From a virus, in the IMG/VR virus record IMGVR_UViG_3300014835_000095: a DNA stretch of 64,000 bases. One strand, written 5' to 3'. Of the stretch, positions 57,802 through 64,000 are shown piece by piece. Made by a program: the position numbers and the translations under genes. The notes under the pieces were generated by a model. That model did no database searches and was not told the origin of the DNA. It saw only the letters and a program-made list of their open reading frames with translations. Numbering within the stretch: position 1 is the stretch's first letter; every line of letters starts with the position of its first letter.

Positions 57802-57864
57802 AATATTAGTGCTATCTACGATTATGAATCCATAACCTTAACGACTTCAAGCATTGCCGTTTAT

Positions 57865-57938
57865 TGGAGTCGTTAATAAGAATCAAACTTCTATCTAGAG
57901 ATTACAAGTCAATTGTATTATCATTATACTATATCGAC
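57865..57938 (-). pseudogene. Degenerate tRNA-Thr(TGT)
   Basis: Correct spacing, D-stem and CTTGTAA loop, CCA; broken anticodon stem and T-loop TTTGATT. Confidence 0.65.
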
Positions 57939-57962
57939 ATAATGCTTTTATTTATATCAAAT

Positions 57963-58445
57963 TCAATGTGATGAAATAAATTGTTTAATACTATTTGAAT
58001 TCTCTTTTCTATATTGTTTAATTGATAGTTTAGATTCTATTTGATACTGTTTAATACTAATTGCATTTTCTTTTCTGTACTGTTTAATTTTATTAGCATC
58101 GTTTATTTTATATTGTTGAATATTAGATACAACATTATTTTTATACTGTTTAACTGTGTTATTCATATCAATCTTACACTGATTTATAATTTCTGCATTG
58201 TCTATTCTATATTGTTTAACTATAGATGTTTTTTCATTAAACAGCTTACGCTCTTTAGTGCAGAATTTACATATCAACATATACCCATCGGGTGTTTTTT
58301 TATTCTTTCTAAATTCAGTAATAGATTTATTGGTATCACAAGATTCGCAATGTTTTTCCATAATATTGTTCTTCATAATTATTAAGAAACCCCTACTATA
58401 ATAGCAGGGGGTTTTGAATTTATCTACCGTTGGAGATAAATTCAT
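57963..58445 (-). CDS. Zn-finger plus KQY repeat protein, probable homing-endonuclease remnant
   Basis: CESC..K...F.KNKKTPDGY..ICKFC; no nuclease domain recognised. Confidence 0.55.
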   Translation of the reverse strand: MNLSPTVDKFKTPCYYSRGFLIIMKNNIMEKHCESCDTNKSITEFRKNKKTPDGYMLICKFCTKERKLFNEKTSIVKQYRIDNAEIINQCKIDMNNTVKQYKNNVVSNIQQYKINDANKIKQYRKENAISIKQYQIESKLSIKQYRKENSNSIKQFISSH

Positions 58446-58698
58446 TCATACTTTTAGCCTTTTCAATAATATCTAGTTCCGATGGATATGGTAGAAATCC
58501 TGGGTGTACAGGATATTTTATATCTCTTATTTGTTCTATTGTTATATTTGACAAACTTAGAACGCGTTCCAAAATATCTACTTCTAAATTATAATTTTGT
58601 ATATCCTTCTCCCGGCTAGATTCCCAATCATTAGTTAAAATATCTTTAGCAAGTTTCAAAAGTTCTAATCTAAGTTCAAAAGGAGACATATCGGCCAT
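58420..58698 (-). CDS. Conserved T4-like hypothetical protein
   Basis: SPFELRLELLKLAKDIL...YPSELDIIEKA. Confidence 0.75.
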   Translation of the reverse strand: MADMSPFELRLELLKLAKDILTNDWESSREKDIQNYNLEVDILERVLSLSNITIEQIRDIKYPVHPGFLPYPSELDIIEKAKSMNEFISNGR

Positions 58699-58760
58699 AT
58701 TAAATTCCTGTAGTGTGAGTAAAAGAGTCCAATAGTTTTAAGGATCTAGTAACCTATATT

Positions 58761-58919
58761 CTATTTAATTAATTTCAATCTATTTCTAATTTTATCTTGC
58801 ATTTTTGGACAAGCGGTTTCAAGCATTTTTTCTAATCCTTTAATACCAATAGCGCCCAATCTCACTTTCCCACTTCTTGTCAATGTGGTGCTTTTAATCT
58901 TCTTTTTCACTGCTGCCAT
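58761..58919 (-). CDS. 52-aa basic protein
   Basis: Hand translation MAAVKKKIKSTTLTRSGKVRLG...; RBS; not in ORF track. Confidence 0.65.
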   Translation of the reverse strand: MAAVKKKIKSTTLTRSGKVRLGAIGIKGLEKMLETACPKMQDKIRNRLKLIK

Positions 58920-59457
58920 AATTTATATTCCTATTTTTTAACACTGAATCTAATTCAAAATTAGATATGAAAACCACAATAAAGATAATATCATTCCCCA
59001 TTATGTATTGGTGATTCAATAGACAACTCTGATGTAGCACTCATTGTAGTAACTCTCTCATAAAAAGCAATAATAGCTATTGTACATATAAGCAACAATA
59101 ATATTTTTTTCATGATATATCCAGTTTTTTAAACTATTAATTGTCATAGAACACTTGGTATTCTACGTTGTTTATTTAAACTATACAGTATATAGTATCA
59201 GAATTCATCATACTGCTCAAGGATACGTGCTAATTCTATATTATTGTTGATAAGTTTAGTCTTTGCGCATATTGTAGTTTTGTTATTGTGAACTGATGCA
59301 TCTTCTACCACTAATCCACGTCCTAATAATTCAATTCTAGATAATCCGATCTTATCTCATCTAGAATTTCATCATATTCTTCCGCAAGCGCATCTTTAAT
59401 GCTTTTCAATTGAATCAATCTTGTTAGGGCAATAGTATAATCTTTCATAATATATCC

Positions 59458-60315
59458 TTAAATTGAATTTTTAATATCAGTAAATGTGGATTTATTTAGT
59501 ACATATTGTATAGCATTTTTATTTTGCGATATAGCTTTATTAATTATTCCAATATTAGGGTTTTTAACATATTGTAGATTACCCCCATTGGTCGCAACAC
59601 CCAATAAACAAAGTTCTGGGGTTTGTACATTTACATATCTTAAGGCATCACCATTCTGTTTTATAGCAGCTAGACATATCTCGGGTGTTTGGTTCTTAAC
59701 ATATTGTAAAATTAATCCGTTTTTCATAACTGCCATTTTGCACAATTCAGGAGTTTGGTTCCTTACAAATTGCAACGAAAATGGGTTATGTTGGATTGCT
59801 ATTTTACAATATTCATCACACTGTTCTGGTATATATAGTAAAGAAAAAGCATTTTGTACTAATGCAGTCTTGATTATATCATCTGTTTTATCTAACACAT
59901 ATTTCAATAAATCTCCATCATCAGTAACAGCCGCCAGTGAAATTGTTGGTGATTGTATATTTACATATTTAAAAGCCAAACTATTATGTTTAATAGCTGC
60001 CAAACACAATAACTCTGTCTGGATATTGACAAATAACAGCACAAAGCCGTTTTGTTTTACAGCAGTCATACACACCTCATCTGTTTGATTGATGACATAT
60101 TGTAACGCATCACCATTCTGTTTTACAGCTGCTAGACATATTTCATCAGTTTGATTGATGACATATTGTAAAGATTCACCATTCTGTTTTACAGCTGCTA
60201 GACATATTTCATCAGTTTGAGTTTGTGCAAATCTAATATTATTTCCATTTTTTTTCACTAGATGTAATAATTCTTTTGAATCTTCAATCCCCCGATATAC
60301 CATAAATGGCTCCAT
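59458..60315 (-). CDS. DUF4116-type repeat protein
   Basis: About 22-aa repeats CLAAVKQNG.ALQYV.NQT.EI. Confidence 0.85.
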   Translation of the reverse strand: MEPFMVYRGIEDSKELLHLVKKNGNNIRFAQTQTDEICLAAVKQNGESLQYVINQTDEICLAAVKQNGDALQYVINQTDEVCMTAVKQNGFVLLFVNIQTELLCLAAIKHNSLAFKYVNIQSPTISLAAVTDDGDLLKYVLDKTDDIIKTALVQNAFSLLYIPEQCDEYCKIAIQHNPFSLQFVRNQTPELCKMAVMKNGLILQYVKNQTPEICLAAIKQNGDALRYVNVQTPELCLLGVATNGGNLQYVKNPNIGIINKAISQNKNAIQYVLNKSTFTDIKNSI

Positions 60316-60581
60316 AATAAATTATTTATGTGATGCTTCCAATTCCAATTCTTGAAGTTCATCTTTATGTACTTTAATATTATCAATAACAGCTATTTCA
60401 GGATACTGTCCGAATAATGCAATTGTAATATCATCAAAGTAGTAAAAATATCCAATTGTGATTACAAGGATTACCTCATATAATGATATATATTTCATCT
60501 AAAATTCCTATTATTTAAAGTATATATTATACTGTATATAGTATGTGAAGTCAACTTTTAAATCAATTATACTGTAAAATA

Positions 60582-62564
60582 TCAAGCTAGGCAAATCTCA
60601 CTAAAATCGTGACGCTTCTCAAAAGTCAATACTCTGTCAAATTTATCAATTATATCATCAACATAGTGAGATATTACAATGCAATTATTCTGTTCATTTC
60701 CTGCATTTGTTATTAATTTTAACACATTGTCTGTTCCTGCAGAATCTAAACTTCCTGATAATATCTCATCCATAATCAGGAGGTTGGTGTTAGCAGAATT
60801 CTTCATTCTTGCTATTTCTCTAAACGTGAATAGTAACGCCAAATCAATCTTTATCTTTTCACCCTCGGAGAAGCTGGCATAAGTAAATTCATCCCGAAAT
60901 CTTGATTTGATGGTTTCTGTAAAAGATTCATCTAGCTCAAATTGAATATGTAATTCCATAGCATTTAAGAACTTAGCTATAAGCTTATTTATAGTAGGAA
61001 GATATTCTCTAATTACAGATGTTTTAATTCCGGTGTCTTTTAGTAATAATGATGCAATATCTTCAATATTACGTTGCTCAAGCACCTCGGTTTTAACTGT
61101 AATATTGTTGACAGCACTAGCAGCAAGTAATTTAAGCTTCTCTCTCTCTGCTTTAATATTGCCCCGATCTCCCTTAGTATTAATAATATCTTTTTCTAGG
61201 CTTCTATTTTGTCTAATAAGGGTCTCTGCCGCGGATTTGGCAGAATAACTAGAGTTTTTAGCAGAAATGATAGTAGATTCTATCAATTTAATAGAAGCCA
61301 TCCTAGTATTATAAATTTTTAAACTATCATCTAAGGTATCTATTTGAGCTTTATTTTGATCATATTCAACCTGCAACATATTTCGTATTGACGACTTATG
61401 TTCATGTGGTATTTGCTGTGAACACGATGGGCAATCGTCATTCTCATCAAAGAAGCTAAAAGTCTTTTCGATTAAAACATTACCGTGAGTCACAGTTTGT
61501 TTCATAGTATGTGTATGATCAATCTTATCAAGAACTTCTTTATTATCGCATATAGATAATTGATGCTGTTCAATATCATCAGTTAATAATTTTAAGGTAT
61601 TGGCATTAGATACAATTTCTTTATGATTAGAATCTATTCTAGCTTGAATATTATCAATTTGTTCTTGCTTACCAGTCTCCATACTCTTAATAAGGGTTTG
61701 TTGATGATCAACTTTAGTCTTAGAAATATTAATATCATTATTGAGTACATCTAATTTTTGTTTAGATGCTTGAATTTGATCCTTCAGAATAGAATTCATG
61801 GTACTAAAGATTCTAATATCAAGAATATCTTCAATAACTTCTCTTCTATTTGCAGAAGACAATTGCATGAAAGGCACAAAAGACGCAGAGCCTAAAATTA
61901 CTACTTGACAGAAAACTCTATATCCCATCCTCAGAATTTGTTGCTCTAGAACGGTTTGGTAATCTTTCAAAGCTGCATCTTGTGTAATAAGAATACCATT
62001 TTTCCAGATTTCAAATATGCTAGGCTTAATACCACGCTTAACCAAATATTCAGAACCACCCACATCAAATTCAATTTCAACTAAAAGGTTCTTTCCATTG
62101 ATTGAATTGACTAATTGACCTTTATTGACATTTCTAAATGGTTTTCCAAATAACCCAAGTGTTAATGCATCTAATATTGTTGAATTATGAGATACCAAGC
62201 CATTGGCATAGAATTCATGTACATCCTCAACTTGAAGATCATATAGGTTTTCAGTATAATCTAATAGTGTAATTGATTCTATACCAACTGGAGTATCCAT
62301 AGAAACTAAATTATCATTAATAGATAAATCTTTTGTCATAACCCATTTGTCATTAGATAACATTTGATGATTAGGGCTTGTCTTTATTGATACACCAGAA
62401 GTGATTTTAATTTCATACACTTTAGAATTATAGGCGGTTATATCAGCGGCTAAAATGGACTTATACCCAAATCGGGTATTAACTTTTATTTTACCGACAT
62501 ATTCTGGGTAAGCTTGATAGAATTTATAAACATTTTCAATTGTTGATTCCATAATATTTCTCAA
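60582..62564 (-). CDS. 46: gp46 recombination ATPase C-fragment with long IntC
   Basis: ...YANGLVSHN|STILDAL; SFSEGEK, LIMDE, VISH. Confidence 0.95.
   Translation of the reverse strand: MRNIMESTIENVYKFYQAYPEYVGKIKVNTRFGYKSILAADITAYNSKVYEIKITSGVSIKTSPNHQMLSNDKWVMTKDLSINDNLVSMDTPVGIESITLLDYTENLYDLQVEDVHEFYANGLVSHNSTILDALTLGLFGKPFRNVNKGQLVNSINGKNLLVEIEFDVGGSEYLVKRGIKPSIFEIWKNGILITQDAALKDYQTVLEQQILRMGYRVFCQVVILGSASFVPFMQLSSANRREVIEDILDIRIFSTMNSILKDQIQASKQKLDVLNNDINISKTKVDHQQTLIKSMETGKQEQIDNIQARIDSNHKEIVSNANTLKLLTDDIEQHQLSICDNKEVLDKIDHTHTMKQTVTHGNVLIEKTFSFFDENDDCPSCSQQIPHEHKSSIRNMLQVEYDQNKAQIDTLDDSLKIYNTRMASIKLIESTIISAKNSSYSAKSAAETLIRQNRSLEKDIINTKGDRGNIKAEREKLKLLAASAVNNITVKTEVLEQRNIEDIASLLLKDTGIKTSVIREYLPTINKLIAKFLNAMELHIQFELDESFTETIKSRFRDEFTYASFSEGEKIKIDLALLFTFREIARMKNSANTNLLIMDEILSGSLDSAGTDNVLKLITNAGNEQNNCIVISHYVDDIIDKFDRVLTFEKRHDFSEICLA
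62184..62564 (-). mobile_element. Atypically split intein C half, about 123-127 aa (gp46)
   Basis: Contains block B SPNHQML and blocks F/G; Ser at +1. Confidence 0.88.
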
Positions 62565-62680
62565 AATAATTCATTATAAATGGGTAATATTCTTTTTTTT
62601 GATTTCATTATAATATAGATTCAAAAGTCTCTATATTATAATGAATGCTATGTTGTGTTGTAATCAAAATCCAGATAATA

Positions 62681-62881
62681 TTAATTATTAAATTGTGTAA
62701 ATAACTCTCGTATCTCCAGATCATCTATATGAATGTTTATATTAGTAAGCTTATCAAGACATTTACCTGCAGAATTTTTACCAACTGTTAGAGTAGTATT
62801 ATGTGTATTTAGTTCTATTTTATTAGGCACATTGCCTGTTGATAAAAAATTTTTATAAGAAACACTTTTAAAGATAATCAA
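62681..62881 (-). CDS. 46: gp46 N-fragment (40 aa) plus 26-aa IntN
   Basis: FKSVSYKNFLSTGN...GKNSAGK|CLDKLT. Confidence 0.9.
   Translation of the reverse strand: MIIFKSVSYKNFLSTGNVPNKIELNTHNTTLTVGKNSAGKCLDKLTNINIHIDDLEIRELFTQFNN
62684..62761 (-). mobile_element. Atypically short split intein N half (gp46)
   Basis: CLDKLTNINI block A only. Confidence 0.85.
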
Positions 62882-63933
62882 TTTTGAACTCCAATGGCTT
62901 CAATGTATAGTGATTTCATGAATAATTTAACAGATTCTTTATTATCATGTTCAGATATAGATTCAACATATGATTCTAATATTTCAAGAGTATTTTCAAC
63001 ATCTATCTGAATATTATCGGATGTAGTTTCTGAGAATGCAGTAAGATCTTCTAGAATCTTTATCTCATATGTATCGGCTTCATATAGGCTACGAAGAAAT
63101 TGATCGTATAGATAAAAATCATTCTTCTTGATAACTACTATCTTAATATACTTATGTACAAATGGACTAATATCAAAGGTTAAATAATCATTAATTTCAT
63201 CGTTGTATTCGTGTCTAATAAACATTTCTTGTGGTGATGGTATAAATTCTAGTTCTCTTGTTTCTGTGTCAAAAATATGAAATCCCTTCTGGTCAGAAAA
63301 ATCATTCCATACATTTTGATAAGGAGTACCAAGGTAATGAATATTACCGCTAGATGATCTAGTGTGAAAATGTCCAGACCACACTGATTTATATCTTTTA
63401 AATATATTCTTAGATAATCCACCATGTGCTTGAACTCCCTTGTACATAGCAAAGTTTTCTATTTCAAAATGCCCACAACAGATATCAGAATTACTATTCT
63501 TTATAAATTCAATAACTTCTGCGGAATTATCAGAACATATCCAGGGGATCATATCAAAAGTTACACCGCCAATTTCAAGTGAAGTCGGTTTATCGTAGAT
63601 ATGTACATTTGAATATTCATTCAAGAGTAATGATTGAGCATTAAGTTCTAAAGAGTATCTATAGAAAATATCATGGTTTCCAATAAGTGTATATAGATCC
63701 ATTTTGGCATCTTCTATTGGCTGAAAGAAGTATCTCTTAGCATCAGATAAAGCATTAAAATTGATAGATCTCCGAGCATCAAAAAGATCACCCAGTTGTA
63801 TTATGGTATCTATCTTATGTTCTTTTAAATAAGGAAAAAAAGTATCAGTGAAGAAATTATCCATCATTAAAGAAAAGTGTGGATTAGCATTTCTAAGTCC
63901 CAGATGCAAATCTGAAATTACACAAATTTTCAT
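62878..63933 (-). CDS. 47: gp47 Mre11/SbcD-like nuclease
   Basis: SDLHLG, LGDLFD, IGNHD, CGHFE, SGHFH. Confidence 0.96.
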   Translation of the reverse strand: MKICVISDLHLGLRNANPHFSLMMDNFFTDTFFPYLKEHKIDTIIQLGDLFDARRSINFNALSDAKRYFFQPIEDAKMDLYTLIGNHDIFYRYSLELNAQSLLLNEYSNVHIYDKPTSLEIGGVTFDMIPWICSDNSAEVIEFIKNSNSDICCGHFEIENFAMYKGVQAHGGLSKNIFKRYKSVWSGHFHTRSSSGNIHYLGTPYQNVWNDFSDQKGFHIFDTETRELEFIPSPQEMFIRHEYNDEINDYLTFDISPFVHKYIKIVVIKKNDFYLYDQFLRSLYEADTYEIKILEDLTAFSETTSDNIQIDVENTLEILESYVESISEHDNKESVKLFMKSLYIEAIGVQN

Positions 63934-64000
63934 ATACTTTCCTTATGATTAATATCATTGTTATAATAAAAAAACACAATCTATTACTAAATTCTTTTAA

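Noticed and set aside
57803-57864. Possible tRNA-Ser(TGA) remnant
   Set aside because: Too short and degenerate to fold into a cloverleaf
1-64000. Alternative genetic code or stop-codon recoding
   Set aside because: Core genes translate full-length in the standard code; fragmentation coincides with intein motifs rather than in-frame stops

Overview
AT-rich segment of a large T4-like (myovirus) phage genome, almost entirely coded on the minus strand. Core genes: td, frd, nrdA/nrdB, denV, rnh, dsbA, gp61, gp41, uvsX, gp43, regA, gp62/44/45, gp46/47. Unusual content: (1) four inteins in replication genes. gp41 has a mini-intein plus a split intein, gp43 is in three pieces with a split intein whose halves are separated by four genes, and gp46 has an atypically split intein with a 26-aa N-half. 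(2) A 7-deazaguanine DNA-modification cluster (folE, queD, queE, queC, separate Gat, dpdA-like) with a PRTase, MazG and a separate dGTP-diphosphohydrolase-like gene. (3) At least 10 ORFs with a T4 internal-protein-like capsid-targeting N-terminus (M-x-[ST]-[FY]-K-[EQR]-[FYL]) behind late-promoter cores. They include a kinase-fold protein, a methyltransferase pair, a nuclease-like protein and an expanding helical-repeat family carried on a duplicated divergent-promoter cassette. (4) An unusual tRNA-Gln-like cloverleaf with its own late promoter. (5) Two CLec/DUF1566 genes with a DGR-type variation pattern. (6) A PAS hybrid histidine kinase, a Mesh1-like HD hydrolase, and a restriction-endonuclease-like gene beside a frameshifted methyltransferase. 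All family calls come from motif recognition by eye; no database searches were run.
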